Positions 37,201 through 51,345 of a stretch of DNA of 64,000 bases are shown one piece after another. The notes beneath the pieces were generated by a model. That model was not told the DNA's origin and searched no databases. It worked only from the letters and a program-made list of their open reading frames with translations. This stretch comes from Microthyrium microscopicum. Its lineage: Eukaryota. A program made the position numbers and the translations under genes. Within the stretch, counting starts at the first letter, position 1. Each line of letters begins with the position of its first letter. The stretch lies in assembly GCA_010405405.1 (NCBI GenBank), contig MU004234.1:763818-827817 (forward strand), written 5' to 3'.

Positions 37201-40200
37201 GATTGACCGTATCGTCATGGGTCGCCATCCAGCGGCAGATTTCTCTTCCAAGACCACCTAGACCACCAGAGATGAGATAGGTTGCTGAGCCACGAATTGG
37301 CTTCTCAGCAAAGTCTGGAATAGTGACCTGAAATGAAGCGTTAGTGATGAGTGACGCGGGGGGCTTTCTTTCACTTACCTTGAGATCAGCTTGGGTTGAC
37401 AAGTCCAGAACCATTTTTCCGATATGCTTGCCAGTACTCATGTAACGGAAAGCATCAGGACAGTCACCAAAGTTGCGAACGTGGAGTGGACCGGCCCACT
37501 TGAGGCTTCCATCTTGAAGCATGTCAATAACCTTCTGAAGCATAGTACCAATTGTCTCTGGCTCAAGTTCATAAACACGAGACAAATCCAAAGCGATAAA
37601 GCTGGTGGATTTGTTGAAGATTGCCATGTTGAGTTTACTGCCGCTCAAGATATCGTTCTTGCCAATCTCAATGAATCGGCCGAATGTTCCAAGACAGCGA
37701 CAGCTTTCGGTAATGAACTCTCCACTCAAAGAATTGAGAATGATATCAATACCCTTGCCATTGGTGATGTTCATGATTCCGTCCACGAAACGGTAGTTTT
37801 TGCTGGAGAAGATGTTCTCTTCTGGAATGCCGAATTTGTCGACCAAGAACTGTTTCTTCTCGTCATTACCACAAGTGGCAAAGACATTGGCGCCAAAGTG
37901 TTGAGCAATAGTGATGGCAGATTGACCAACTGCACCAGTTCCAGAATGAATCAGGACATTGTCTCCTTTACGGATATGTGCCAGGTTGACAAGAGAGTAC
38001 CAGGAGGTGAGATATGTCAGAGGGAATTGTGCAGCCTCAACAAAACTCATAGAATCTGGAATTCTTCTGGTGCTGATTGCAGGTATTCTAACGGCAGTGG
38101 TGAATGCATTGAAGATACCACTGCTGACAACTCGGTCTCCAACCTGGAATTGGTCTTTGACATTATCGCCTACAGCTGTGACAACACCACTGCACTCGCC
38201 TGCAGGTCTTTCGGCGTATTCAGCAGCACTGAATTTTCCAAGAGCATATAGAACATGTCTGAAGTTGACACCAGCGGCCTTGACCTCGACTTGGATCTGA
38301 TCTGGGTTGAGAGGTCCTTTGATCAAATCATCGGGAACGAATCGAAGACTTTCAAGGAAGCCTAGAGTTCTGAAATCCAGCTTCACAGCGGCAACAGATG
38401 ACTCGGCGATTGGTCCCGTCTCTTCAACATCTCCAGTGTTGAGATATTTGGTGAAGGTTGTCTCAGGTATGACACGTGGAACTTGAACGGTGTTCTCTCG
38501 GATAGCGAATTCAGTCTCGTTCGACTCGCCTAAGAATGACTTGGCGAGGATAGAGGAGAGCGGGCTGACATCCAGTTGTGATTCGATATCGACTGTAATG
38601 AACTTCATCGAGTCGGTCTCGGATCGGATGTTGCGAGACAGGCCGGTAAGAACCGCTTGAGTTGGTACTCCACTGTCTCCGATAGCTCCAGAAGTGAGAA
38701 CAACAGCGCCAGAAGATGCAGAGATCATCTTTTGGAATTGCTTGAAACGATCTTCATTACCAGCAATGAGCAGCGAAGAGGTCGAGGCGCCAACAAAGAT
38801 GCAAACTTGATCTGGCGAAAGCTCAGTCGCCCAGTCAATAATCTCGCAGGGCGATGAAAGATTTTCTCTAACAGCGCGCTGTAGCTCTTGAGGCTTGATC
38901 AAATTGTACTCGACATCCGGAACAATCACAAACGATGTCGTGGAGGCAGGTAGGGGCTCATGCGGCATGGTGGCCACGATGACTGACATACTGCTGTCAA
39001 TCTCGCTCGCAGCATCCGGAACGCAAATGGAGGAACCGAAGCCAACATTGCCCAGAGTCTTGATCCAGCTCTCTCCTGACAAGCATGGACCTTCTGTACG
39101 CTTCACTGTGTAGTCCTCACTGCCGAGCCACCAACCAGCAAGACATCCGAAAACGAGATGCAGATATCTTGTTGGACGAGTGACCTCCAGCAGCAACAAC
39201 TGACCGCCTGGTCTCAGAAGCTTGCCAGTGTTTGAAAGAGTCGTCTCTATGTATTTTGTGGCGTGAAGAACGTTGGAAGCAATGATCAAGTCATAGTCGC
39301 CAGCTTCAAAACCTTGTTCCACAGGATCTGACTCAATATCAAGCTTCTTGTAGATGATGGAGTCGTTCCATTTGGAAAGAACCTCGCGAGCCTGGATGAA
39401 GAAACCAGCAGAAATGTCTGTGAATGTGTATGAGAATCCGTGATCAGCTGGCATGCTGTTGAGAATGGCCATGGTTGTACCACCAGTACCAGCACCAATT
39501 TCCAGAATCTTCATAGTTGGCTTCTTCTTGGCAAGCAAGTTGACATATGCTGCCATTTGCTCGTAATAGTGGTCGATCCAGTCACCGGCATAGTACTTGT
39601 AGAGTAAGTTGTCCTCCAACATGAGAGACAAAGGATCAACTTCGCCGCGGAGAATGCCAGGTAGAGCAATACCCATCCGTCGGAGCATAGTAGCTTCAGT
39701 AGAGGTTTCTTGCAATTTCGAGAGATCGAAAGCCTCTGCTGGTTCAGGCGTGGAAGCGAGCACTGATCGCATATAATCATGCAGGTGGCGAAGATAGTCC
39801 ACCTTGACTTCTTCGAGAGGAACCTGAGATACAGCTTCTCTGTAGAAATGCAGTGCTGCTTGAACATAGAGTGGGTTCGTTGGGCAAGGGATCGAGTTTG
39901 GCGTGGACTTTAGACAAAAGTCTTGGATTTGCTTGGTGTCAAACATGGAAGGATCTTGAATCCATTCCATTCGGTAACAGCCATGATCTTCAGACGATTC
40001 GATTGCGAGTTCGCCTTCAAGCACAACGGCCGCAAAGTTGTCAATGCGAATAGCTAGCCCATCAGATTTGGTGACTGTTGCATAAGCGTTCAAGTTCGTC
40101 TTTCCAAGGAATCGGGATGTAGCGTGAACATGGAGCAATTCAGCATCAGTGGTTGTACCACATGAGATGGTCAAAGAATCCATCGAAGTTGGGACCATGG

Positions 40201-43200
40201 CAGTAGAAGCATTGCGATTGTAAACATTTGGTGCCACCATTGCCTGGAAGATTCCATCGAGGGTAGCTGGATGCACAATGTAGCTGTTATGGTTGTGGGT
40301 ACCATTCTCGTCGACCATTTGCTTGACGTGACCATCGAATACGGTATCATCAATGAATCCATCTACGATAGTCCTGAAGTTGGGTCCGTAGTTGAGGCCG
40401 ACTTGTTGGAACTTTTGGTATGCTTCTTTGCGGTCTAGCGGCCGGGCAGAAGCGTCTGTCAAACCGGTTTGTGGAAGCTCTCCTTGGTCCGCCTGTGGGA
40501 TTGCAACAATAGTACCGCGGCAGTGTTTGTGCCAAGTAGTGGCATCAGAGCTAGAAACAACTCGGAATTCGTATCTCGTGTCAGAGGCTTCGCGCAATTG
40601 TTCAAGGACTGGGCGAAGGTAGCAAACTATCTCAACTTCCATTGAAGGGTCATCGAGTAGAAGACCTCTTTCGAAAACAATGTCTCGGAGTTCGAGGAAC
40701 TTGGGTTGCTCTGGTCGGAAGTTCTTCTCGCTGTAATTTTGATAGAATGCTTGCATGGCAATGCAAAGATATCCGGCACCTGGAAAGATGATGTTATCGT
40801 TCACGCGATGGTCACTCAACCAATCGAGCGCGGAGATCTTCAGGATGTTTCGCCATTGTGGTTCCAGTGATGTTGATTGCGGTACCCGAGATCCAAGAAG
40901 TTCGTGATATGGGAAAGCACGTCGGAGATGACGAGTCGTTACAGCAGATTCGTGCCAGTATCTGTTAGAATGATCCCAGCAATACTGAGGTAGATCCGTG
41001 AGAAGATGAGTAGTTTGTTCGTCGACAAGAGGGTATGTGGTGCATTCAACGTCAACAGAAACACCCGACTCCAGCATCTTTTGTGCAGCTTGTAGTGCAG
41101 TCTCAGCGGCGTTAAAGTTGCGTTTGAGCATAGATGCATAGGGAACCGCACGTTCTGGGCCAAGTGTCTGTTTGATGGGGCCTTCAAAAACAGAATGAGG
41201 GCTGACTTCGATGAGCATTCCCAAGTTGGTGGTTTGTTGGCTCATGGCTCCAAGTCCCTGGCAGAATTTAACCTGTGAGACAAGGTTCTCGATCCAATAC
41301 TGCGGCTGTAGTTCTGAGGCCGAGATGCGTTCGGCTCGAACAGAAGACCAAAACTCTACATGACTGGGAGTTTCCGATGGAATGCAATGGGCAATGGAGC
41401 TCAGATAGGCATCGGCAATGAGTTGCATGTCGCTGCTGTGGTAAGCAACGTCCACCTTTAGAGCCCTTGCGAAGACTCCGCGCTGCTCCAGAATGTCCTT
41501 GTACTGCAGTATAGCCTGGCGGGCACCTGAGACTGTAACGCTCGACGGACTGTTCACGCAAGCTACTACAAGCTTGCTGCCGATATCTGTTGGTAAGCTG
41601 GCGATTTCTGCTTCTGCTTCAGTCACTGACAGCCCAGCGGCCATCATAGAACCGTCTGGGGCATTTTCGAGTTGACGCATTCGTGACGTATGAAGACCGC
41701 GGAAGTATGCTATTGTCAAGGCGTGTTCGAGGCTCAAAGCTCCAGTAGCATAAGCCGCTGCGATTTCACCACTCGAGTGTCCGATCACACAGTCGGGTTC
41801 TACTTTCCAAGATTTCAGGAGCTCAACTAAAGCGACCTGTAGTGCTGTGGAAAGAGGTTGCCCAATAGCAGCGTCGTCAACTCGTGAAGTGTCCTTATCG
41901 CGAGATAGTTCCTCTAGAATAAGATCGTTAGTTCATGCTAGAAGCGATACAGGCAATGACTTACCAAGTAATGACCATTCAGCACCTAAACTTTTATAGA
42001 TTCCATCAGCTGCCTCCATGGTGCGCTGGAAACTGGGGTAAGAGCCCAAAAGTTCTCGACCCATGGCAAACCATTGAGCGCCTTGGCCAGCGAAGACGAA
42101 GCCAGTTTTCGATGCGGTTGAGGCTAGTTTGGGAGCAGCATCTTCCATCTTTGCTACAAGGTCTTTCATGCTAGACGCAGTGACTGACCAGCGCCATGGG
42201 AAGCCCTCGTATCTTTTCGAAAGAGTGTACGCTAGAGAGTCGAAATTCTCCTCCGGTTGATCTTGGCAATGGGCTTTCAACGCCTGTATTCTCTTTTTGC
42301 ATGAAATTTCAGTCATTGCAGAGAGGACAAAGAGCCGATGTTGAGTATTTGACCCCGTCAAACCAGATTTTGCCTCGATCACATCTTGTCGAACATGAGA
42401 TGGTGCTTGTTGTCCGAGGGTCTGGAGAAATGATGGGAAACTCTCAATAACGACATGACTGTTTGAACCTCCAACACCGAGATTGTTGATGGAGATACGC
42501 TGAGGCAAGCCGGCTTGCCATTTTTCGTCCGTTATGGGAATCTGGCGCACGTTAGCTTGTGAACTGGCTCTGAGATTGTTTGAAAAATTGTACCTTGACG
42601 TTCCATCGCTCCAGCTGGGCTTTGGGATTGGGTTTCTCGAAATTGAGAGATGCAGGTATTACACCCTTCTCTAGTATCAAGATGGACTTGATCAGTGACG
42701 CCAAACCACTCACAGGTTCTAGATGACCGATGTTCGTCTTGACTGAGCCAACGATGGTTTTGGTGCTTCTCTCTGTAGCGTCACCAAAGATCGTACCAAT
42801 TGCTTCAATTTCGAGAGGATCGCCGGCAGCAGTTCCTGTTCCATGAGCTTCGACATATAGCGTCTCCTTTGGATCAAGACCACAGCTCTGATAAGCCGCT
42901 AGAGCAACTTCTACCTGAGCTGGTGCACTTGGGATTGTGATTGTGGAAGTACGTCCATTCTGATTTGTTGCAGTACCGCGAACAAGAGCCCGAATTGGAT
43001 CTCCGTCTCGGAGGGCAGCAGCTAGAGGTTTAAGTACCACACAAGCGGCACCTTCACCTCGTCCGTAGCCACCAGCTCGACAGTCGAAAGCGAATGATCT
43101 GCCCTCTTTGGAGAAGAATCTTGGGCCATAGTTAGCAAATAGCAAAAGATTGAGTTTCGATATACATACTGCAGTCTGTTCATGCCGTTAACTGCGTCCG

Positions 43201-43939
43201 GTTCTAGCATGAGAGTGCAACCAGAGACAAGTGCCTGGTCAGCTTCGCCAGTTTTCAGACTTTGGCAAGCCAAGTGGAGTGCATTTGAACTTCCTGAGCA
43301 TGCGGTATCCAAAGTCATACTGGGGCCTTTGAAGTCGAAGAAATAAGCAATACGATTTGCAGCGACGACCTGGTTACCAGTGCTATGGTAATGAGCCATG
43401 TTATCGGCATCTCGGAACTGCATGATTTCGTAGTCATGATTGAATGTGCTGGTGTATACTGCAGTCTTGCTTCCTCTTAGTTTCCGTAGAGGTATTGAAG
43501 CTAGAGCAGGATTAGTTTTCATTCAATTCCCGACATCTGTTCCACTTGCCAGATTCGAAAGCTTCATAAGCACACTCTAATTGGATTCTCTGCTGAGGAT
43601 CGATTGCTGTTGCTTCGCTTTCTGTAATGTTAAAGAAAGAGGGATCAAACTTTCCAACATCTCCTTGAAGAAAGTATGCTCCTTTGAAGCTGACCTGAAG
43701 GTTTGAAATCAGTAACTCGCTATTTGGAATTTGTGTTGTGATAAACTCACCGATCCACCAGTTCCAATAGTTGGTTGATAGAAGGATTTGGCATTGAATC
43801 TCTCCTCTGGTATTTCTGTCCAGGTATCTCTCTTTTCGATCATATGCTTCCAGAATTCCTCTGGACTGTTGGCATCACCTGGAAAACGACAGTTCATTGC
43901 CACCACCGCAATCGGCATGTCATTATGTTGAGAGGCCAT
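34246..43939 (-). CDS. Highly reducing iterative type I PKS, KS-AT-DH-cMT-ER-KR-ACP, with C-terminal carnitine O-acyltransferase-like domain
   Basis: [44 protein letters not shown] and [59 protein letters not shown]; c[25 protein letters not shown]. Multiple short GT-AG introns; last exon ends ...GVVA* at 34246. Confidence 0.95.
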
Positions 43940-45714
43940 GATTAACTCTGTATTATGTCGTATAAAATATGTGGTCGACAAGTGTATGCCAAGAGTTGTT
44001 GTGTAATGTTCAAGAGAGTGTAATCGTAATTATAATTGGCCTTTAAAGATTGAAAAGAATATGTTGAAAGCTTCCAGAAGGCTGAACTATCAGATTGCAT
44101 ACATTACCTTCCAAGAATTTCTGATCAGTACACCAACATGGCCAGCATATTGCGATAGATTTTCTAGTCTATTTGGAGACCAAGGCCAAGTTTATACCAG
44201 TCCAATCCAGCCACCTTTCATCCATATTTCTCGCATACTATCACTAAAACATACAGTTTTAGTCCTCGAACATTATTCTCAAAGTTCCACGTTCCAGAAT
44301 TCATGCTGCTCCTTTGACTTGAACTCGTCGCTGGTAGCCTACAGAGACGCTGCAGGATAGCGAAACGGAAGACAAAAAGCATGGCAGCTCATCTAGCGTG
44401 ACAGGGTCCATGCCGATAGCGAATGTTTGCGTATACATTATAGACTAGAAACCTCCAAAGTGTTGAGATACTTCTAGACTTGCATGTTTGTACACTATCA
44501 CATATTGGTAAAGGTTCTCCAGAGACGTGTCGTCAACCGCCACTGGGGTAGAAGGATGCCATTGGATATGTTGACGGAAACAATCGGTGCTGTCGTGCCG
44601 GGTTTCCTTGATGGACCAACAGGAACATCAGGCATGCTGAGTATGCTCTTAAGCTAGCCTGCATTTGTTCCCTCGCTGTCAGAGCCAGATGGTGGCTTCA
44701 TGCGGATTATCGGATCGGGTTATAGTTGAGATGGTACTGCGCGGCTTGCCGCTTGCCGCTCTGAACAAATGCAAGATGCGGATAACTGCGATCCACCTTG
44801 CACTGCAGGCTGCAGCTGGAAAGAGAATGGATAGCCATCCGTAGTAGTAGGTTGAGACAAGGTGTGTCGTGAAGAGTTGAAAGATGCAGCAGTCGTTCAA
44901 TGCAGTTGCTGCTGGGTTGTACTGCTAACACCAATGTGTCTTAGCGCGAAATTGAAGAATCTACCGTGATGCTTTTTGCTTTTTTCTACGCGTCAACTTC
45001 ATCAACTTAAGTCTTTCTAGCTTCATTCTGCTGACAACAATCGGAGTGTTCACGATAAACACGAAGCTGATGTCTTGTCAATTGAAGATATAGTCTCTTG
45101 CCCTGCTTGAACTGCTTTACCCTCGAGCTTCGGCAAGAATACAAGCTCTGGCCGGCTGCCGTTTCTACTATTCTGAAGATCACATCCAAGCTTCAGTTCC
45201 TTGTGTTGATTTTGTTCCAGCTTCCATCGAACTGAATACAAGAAGGGCTACCCCTCATTGAGACCAATCAAGTCTTGGTCTGACAGCTTGCGACTCAGAT
45301 ACCAGGAGAAAGCCCGGGGAAAGGGTTTGCGAACCTCCCCGAACAACTCAAGAGAACTGTTTCCAATCCTTGTGTCTCATCATTGTCTCATCCCAGACTA
45401 CACTCCCAATGCGAGCTCACGAAATCAGTGTTTTCCACCATATTCTGTCAATGCTCCCAGCTTTGTAAGTTCTCCATAGCAGTCCCAAATGGGGACAACT
45501 CTTTACGGCCGCGGACCGCGAATGGTCAATTTCGCGAGGAAAATGCTTGGTCTGGTGAGTAGAGTTACCTCTAGGATTTTGGACCTAGAATGCAATCTTT
45601 CTATCCTAACATACCTCGTGATTTTCTTTCCTTCCTTCTGATTCTGTGAATCGAAGCTTGTAGCCTGGTCGCATACATGGCTATTTGATTTTTGAATTCA
45701 TTTGCAAATACACC

Positions 45715-47309
45715 ATGGCTCGGGCGAAAAAGCCATCAACGGATGCCGGAAAGAGGGAGAAGGCTCTTTCATGGCGGAGTTCGAAATGGTTTATACAACT
45801 TGCAGTAGGAATGGCTGTATTCACAGACATCTTCCTATATGCACTTATTGTGCCTGTTATGCCCTTTGCTTTGCAGTCAAGAACAGACTTGAAGGAAGAT
45901 GAAAGTCAGTATTGTGCATGTACAAACTGACCCTGCATCACCTCTAACATATGATTCTAGTCGATTCCTGGGTTTCCATACTCATCGCAGTATACGGTGG
46001 AGCTCTTGCTGTCGCATCTCGTAAGTCCTTGCCAATGTAGCTACCGTCAAGCAACTTCTAATCTTCAATAGCTATCTGTGGATGGGCCGCCGACCACTCA
46101 ACAAACCGACGGATACCACTACTAGCTGGCCTAATTGCTCTAGCTGGAGCTACAGTATTACTTCAAGTAGGACCCAATATCGGCATTCTAGTCCTCGGCC
46201 GCATCTTGCAAGGCGTCTCGGCAGCCGTGGTATGGGTCGTCGGACTCGCGCTTCTCGTGGATACCGTACCACGTGCTGAAGTGGGCCAGGCCATGGGCTA
46301 TGTCTTCCTTGCAATGAGTCTAGGTGTCCTAGTAGGACCGCTCTTTGGAGGTTTTATTTTTGAAAAGGCTGGATATGATGCTGTTTATGCAATGGCCTAT
46401 GGGTTCATTGGAGTTGATATTGTTATGCGAATACTGATGTTGGAACCAAAGCCTCAAGAGATACTGGACAATAAGAAGTTGCAAACTCGGAGTCGATCTG
46501 CATCCGAATCATCGGTTGATCTTGAAATGAAGACAGGCACAGAGAAAATAGAACACGCAACAACAGAAGTTACTATCGACCCCAAAGAAGCCGAAGAGTT
46601 TCCATCACGAGGCAAGCCGTCCAAGAAAGTGCCCGCCATTTTTATCCTGCTTCGATCTCGTCGCCTACTATCATGTCTCTGGGGTGTCATGATCACAGCC
46701 ATTCTCGGCTCACAATTCGACTCCGTCTTACCAATTCATGTAAGAGATACTTTCAACTGGGGCTCGACGGCCGCAGGACTCATTTTCCTCCCTATTACAC
46801 TTACCGCCTTCCTCTCACCAGCCGTAGGATTGGGCGTCGACAAATACGGTCCTCGCTGGTTCGCCACGGCTGGATTCGTTACTCTTGCTCCATTCGAAAT
46901 TCTTCTTAGCCTGGTCATTCGCAATACGATAGGCCAAAAAGTCCTACTTTGTTTTCTCCTCGCCATGATCGGAATCAGTTTCGATCTGACGATAACACCA
47001 CTTCTCGTAGAGATCACTGCCGTTGTCGAAGCCAAAGAAACTGCGTCTCCAGGCATTTTCGGAAAGAAGGGTGCCATGGCTCAAGCATACGGCTTGTTCA
47101 ACTTTGCATGGGCGTGTGGCTCACTCGTTGGGCCAATCTGGGCTGGCTTCCTAAACGAAAGATCTGGATGGAAGGCCATGACTTGGAGTCTGGCGCTGTT
47201 GAGTATTGTTTCGGCGATCCCAGTGGCGATATGGATAGGAGGTTCATGGTTTGATCCTGATAAGAGGAGAAGGATACGAAAGCCACATGGCGAGGAGGCG
47301 GATGCTTGA
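45715..47309 (+). CDS. MFS transporter (vesicular amine transporter-like), divergent from the PKS
   Basis: AVFTDIFLYALIVPVMPF, GRILQGVSAAVVWVVGLALLVDTV, AQAYGLFN, many hydrophobic helices. Exons ~45715-45904, 45961-46021 and 46072-47309. Confidence 0.9.
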
Positions 47310-47518
47310 TTCAGCCTTTGGTGGATCATTTGCGTTTTCATTCAATTGTATTATATTTGCATAACAGATATCTTGGCTAGAGCCAAGACCAAAATATATA
47401 GACTCTATACATGACTAGAACTTTCCAAACAAGTGCTACCTCTAATATGTGCTTGGCCCAGGATGTCAAAATTACTTGCCCCTGGCATCTTTTCATGCCA
47501 GTCGTTCATGACTAGCAG

Positions 47519-49290
47519 TCATCCCAAAAGCGCACTCTTAAAAGGAACCTTACCGTGGGTTTTGCATTGACAAACTAAAGCTTTATCGCAAAGCTCCGTA
47601 GAGGCAAACATGAAGAAGCATTCAACATTAGCTTCCACATTTAAGTTGTTCATCTCAGTTATGATCCGGTGGTCTCGAGACTGATCTGAACAGCTTAAAG
47701 GAACACCAAATACAATAAGTCGGAAGTTTGCAAACTGTTCCTTTTTCCGACAAGTCCGCAGAAATGGGTTAATGAACAAGTCGATATAGTCGATCGTCGT
47801 CAGGTTTATGTCGGCGGCTTTCGACTCCACATCCAGGTTTCTGATGAATAACTCTTCCAGATTTGGAGGAAGTGTCTCCGCCAACGAAGGCATGATGGCG
47901 ACTTGCTGTTCATTTGAATGTCTCGCGTCTTGATTTAGCGGGTTACGCAATGTTACGCTACCATATAACATCTGCAAATCCACCTCTAGCTTGCGCACAT
48001 TGTCAAGAGCGCGAATATAGTCTCCAACGCTGCCACGGGCATAGGCGCTCGAAAATGAAGCATTTTGACGGACCAGGAAACTGAAGGACGTTAAAGAGTG
48101 TACATGTCGTCCAGCCGCTGCTACCATGGACCGAAACGTCCCGGCGGTATGTATGTCGAAAATGTTTTCTGGGCGGTATGCACCTTGCAGATGTATACTC
48201 TTTAGTGCTGTGCAGGCTCCTAGGAGCACCTCTACACTTTCCTTGTCGAAAATTGCTTGTTTAATAGACAGCTTCTCCACGGGTGATGTTGCGTTCGGAA
48301 ACGGTGCTTCGAAATCGCCCTCATTGCCGCTTCCAAGTCGGACTTGTAGCCATTTCTCTGTTATAAAAACTCCGCTAATCTCCACCTCTCTCATATTGGG
48401 GAGGTAGAACAAAGGCTTCAGAAGAAAACCAGGATGAATATAAGGTTCCCCAAAGTCGAGTCGTATGCGACGCAGTTTCCAGAACGGCAGGTTGAGTTTA
48501 CCCATATCAGGGCTTTCCATGATTCTCCGAGCCGTCTCTTGCAGAAGCAACCACGGAGCAAACGGCCTTGAATATTTATTTGTGCTGATCTCCAAGTTCT
48601 CCAAGTTGGGCAGCATAGCCTGGAATCTGTAAGTATAACGTCACAATCAGAGATAACGCTCCAGTCATGGTGGAACACCCATCGCACTCAGTGGGAACCA
48701 TAGCACTCAATTGGAATCGCATCCTATGGTAGCCATTGAGTGCCATGGTGAAATGATGTGTTTCGGGTTTGTCAGGTGTGGTCAAAAATATCTGATTCCA
48801 CACGGGAAAATCTTACCAATAGGAGAGTGGCGTATGCATGTGGGCAGTTGGCTTTTTTATATGACTGCCAAATTGTGGAAGTGCTTAGCACCTTAGCATA
48901 CACTCGTGCGTCCTGGGCGGAAGACTTCATGAGCCTTTTCCGCTCCTTGATCCTTCTCCGTTTGCCAGGTCCCTGCTGCTCTTTGACCGGGTGAAAGTTG
49001 TACTCTAGGTCGTCCCAGTTTGTCAAGCAGAAGCTTTTGACATATTTTCGAAGTACCGGATATACCCCGAGGTATTTGTAGAATACCAACAGCCTGCGAA
49101 CACTATGGTTGTCCCAACATTGTATTAGGCGACGGGTGGCGACGTCGTTTAACAACTTGCAGGTCAAGCACAACGAGCGATAGGTAGACCAGGTCAAATC
49201 GTCACGAAGCCCAATTTCCGCATCGATGAGATCGAAAATGCGATCGAGAATTTCGTTCGGAAGACTTGTTAGGCTGGTTTTTGGCGCCAT
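47519..49290 (-). CDS. F-box-like / leucine-rich protein
   Basis: MAPKTSLTSLPNEILDRIFDLI...YRSLCLTCKLLNDVATRRL. Intron 48816-48620 joins YATLLL|AMLPNLENLEI, followed by LRR-like repeats. Confidence 0.75.
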
Positions 49291-49807
49291 ATTTCGAGAG
49301 AGAAGGTTGGTACAGCCAACAATAGCTGGTTTGTCTGTGGTGGAGACTCGGTGCGACCTTGAGACTGAAGTTGTGATTAATATCAATGTATAATTGATGG
49401 CAACTTCAAGTTGAAGAAGTTGGCAAGGTTGAACATCTGCTGGATTAAATGGTAGCTTATTAGTGATGGGGGAATGAAGGCAGACACTTGATGCGCCTTT
49501 AATTGGAAGGACAACCATGGTTGAGTTCACGATGTCAACCACGGTTTGTACCAAGCTCTCACATAAAATACAACACTCATATATTAATCACATCCGTATT
49601 TCAGGTTCCAAGCTTTAGTGAGAGTAGTCTATTTGTACTTCCACTGATAGCGTGGTAAATACTGGCACGCTAAGCTGGGTATGGTCGGTTCCTCAGACAT
49701 ATGCAACTTTGATCTTAGCTCTGATGTGGATTACTACCAGCAACTGGAGATCATATTCAGCAAGGTCGAGATATTTGTTTTCGATGGTTGGAGTACTCAA
49801 AAGTCCT

Positions 49808-50473
49808 TCAAAACAAGGTAAATATGAACTTGGCCAACTCCTCTCCGAAAAAGTCATACCCCTCTGTAGTCATATGCAACCCATCCAAAGACCAGAGCGG
49901 CTCCTCTCCATCTTCCTCAATATGTGGACACAGCGGAGCAAGATCCATAAGAAATATTTTGGAATAGTCCTTTGCATGTTCCGCAATCTTCTCATTGAGT
50001 TTTATACGAGACTTTCGCGCCTTTTCATACGCGCTGCTCATAGTCCTGTCAAGAGCCCGCTCAGGGACAGTGACACAGACAACTGATGCACCAGATATCA
50101 ACACCTCGTCGTGCAGTGCTTTCAGGCCCTCGCAGATTTCACCCGCGCAATCATCTGAGAGCTTATAGCCAAGGTCATTGGTTCCGCCAAGGATGACTAC
50201 TATATCGTAAGGTGTGTCCTTCTCGCTCAATGCTGATTTAAGACGTTGTTGAAAAGAGCCTGCAAGGGAGAGCAGTACGCGGTCGCCGCCGAGGCCGTTG
50301 ACATCAACTGTTATTTCCGTGCCAGGAAGTAATTCGGACAATTTGTTCTGGAGTGCCGGACCATAGGGATGCGTGGTCAAGCCAAAATCTGTATGGCCTT
50401 CCGTGAGAGAATCCCCAAACGCCAATATGCTGATCTGGTCAACATTGGCAAGCGTCAACTGTTTGGGGGCCAT
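49808..50473 (-). CDS. SGNH/GDSL hydrolase
   Basis: Block I FGDSLT, block II G, block III GGTND, block V DGLH. Confidence 0.9.
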   Translation of the reverse strand: MAPKQLTLANVDQISILAFGDSLTEGHTDFGLTTHPYGPALQNKLSELLPGTEITVDVNGLGGDRVLLSLAGSFQQRLKSALSEKDTPYDIVVILGGTNDLGYKLSDDCAGEICEGLKALHDEVLISGASVVCVTVPERALDRTMSSAYEKARKSRIKLNEKIAEHAKDYSKIFLMDLAPLCPHIEEDGEEPLWSLDGLHMTTEGYDFFGEELAKFIFTLF

Positions 50474-51345
50474 ATTGAGTAGACTCCAGTGTTCACTGGT
50501 TGGCTAGTGCTGCTGTCAGCCATTGACCTTTGAAAGCGGGCATCGGGAATTAGATGCTAGGCCATACCTTTGTACCGCTCAAAAACGGCTATAGCGATTA
50601 GGAGAGAGGTGAACTGAGGTAAGACCAAGTGCAACATGGAGAATGATACAAAAAGGTCCGTGCTTGGTGCTGCATTTGGTAGTTCGATAATTTTCTTCAT
50701 CCATTTAAATATTTGATAATTGTAAGGTAAGCTTTTCACTGGGTCCTACTCTTGCCATCAGCATTGTTCTTCGTGTTCAAAGTGGCAGAGGTTTAGATGC
50801 GTTTAATTGCTTCAAAAGGTGTTGTAGAAACTAGGAGGATGGAGCTATTCTGCCCCCCTAAATAAGCAACACAGAGGCCCTGAAACGCACCTAGGGGCGG
50901 TCTTGCTCCATCAGCATCGAAGCATGATTCGAAGTATCCATGGTTATGGGGCGCCGCAGATGCGGACATGCTCAAGGAAGTATAAAAGAGTTCTCATTAC
51001 TCACACACAAAAACAAGAAGAATGCATTTTTTATATTACTGCTCTAAGTAAATAAGGTTTGCCAAAAAGTATTCCTGTAAACTTCAAAAGATAGTGCAAT
51101 GATATTTGCGAGCAGCCTGCCTCGAAGCGTGACGAATCAGTGGTGAAAGAGGCCAAAGTAGATCAGATCTAGAATATCTAGGAAGGACTCATGAAAAAGT
51201 CTATCCGGTCCTCTTTTGCACAACCATAACCATCGTCTGGGGTGAATCGAAGCCAGAAGTTCGATTACATCGGATTTGGCGATAGTACGTCTTGATGGGA
51301 CCTTTCAGGACCAGCCATTCATAGATTTTGTTCTGGGAACTTTGG

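Noticed and set aside
34593..41675. Long plus-strand ORFs inside the PKS
   Set aside because: Antisense shadows of a codon-biased gene.
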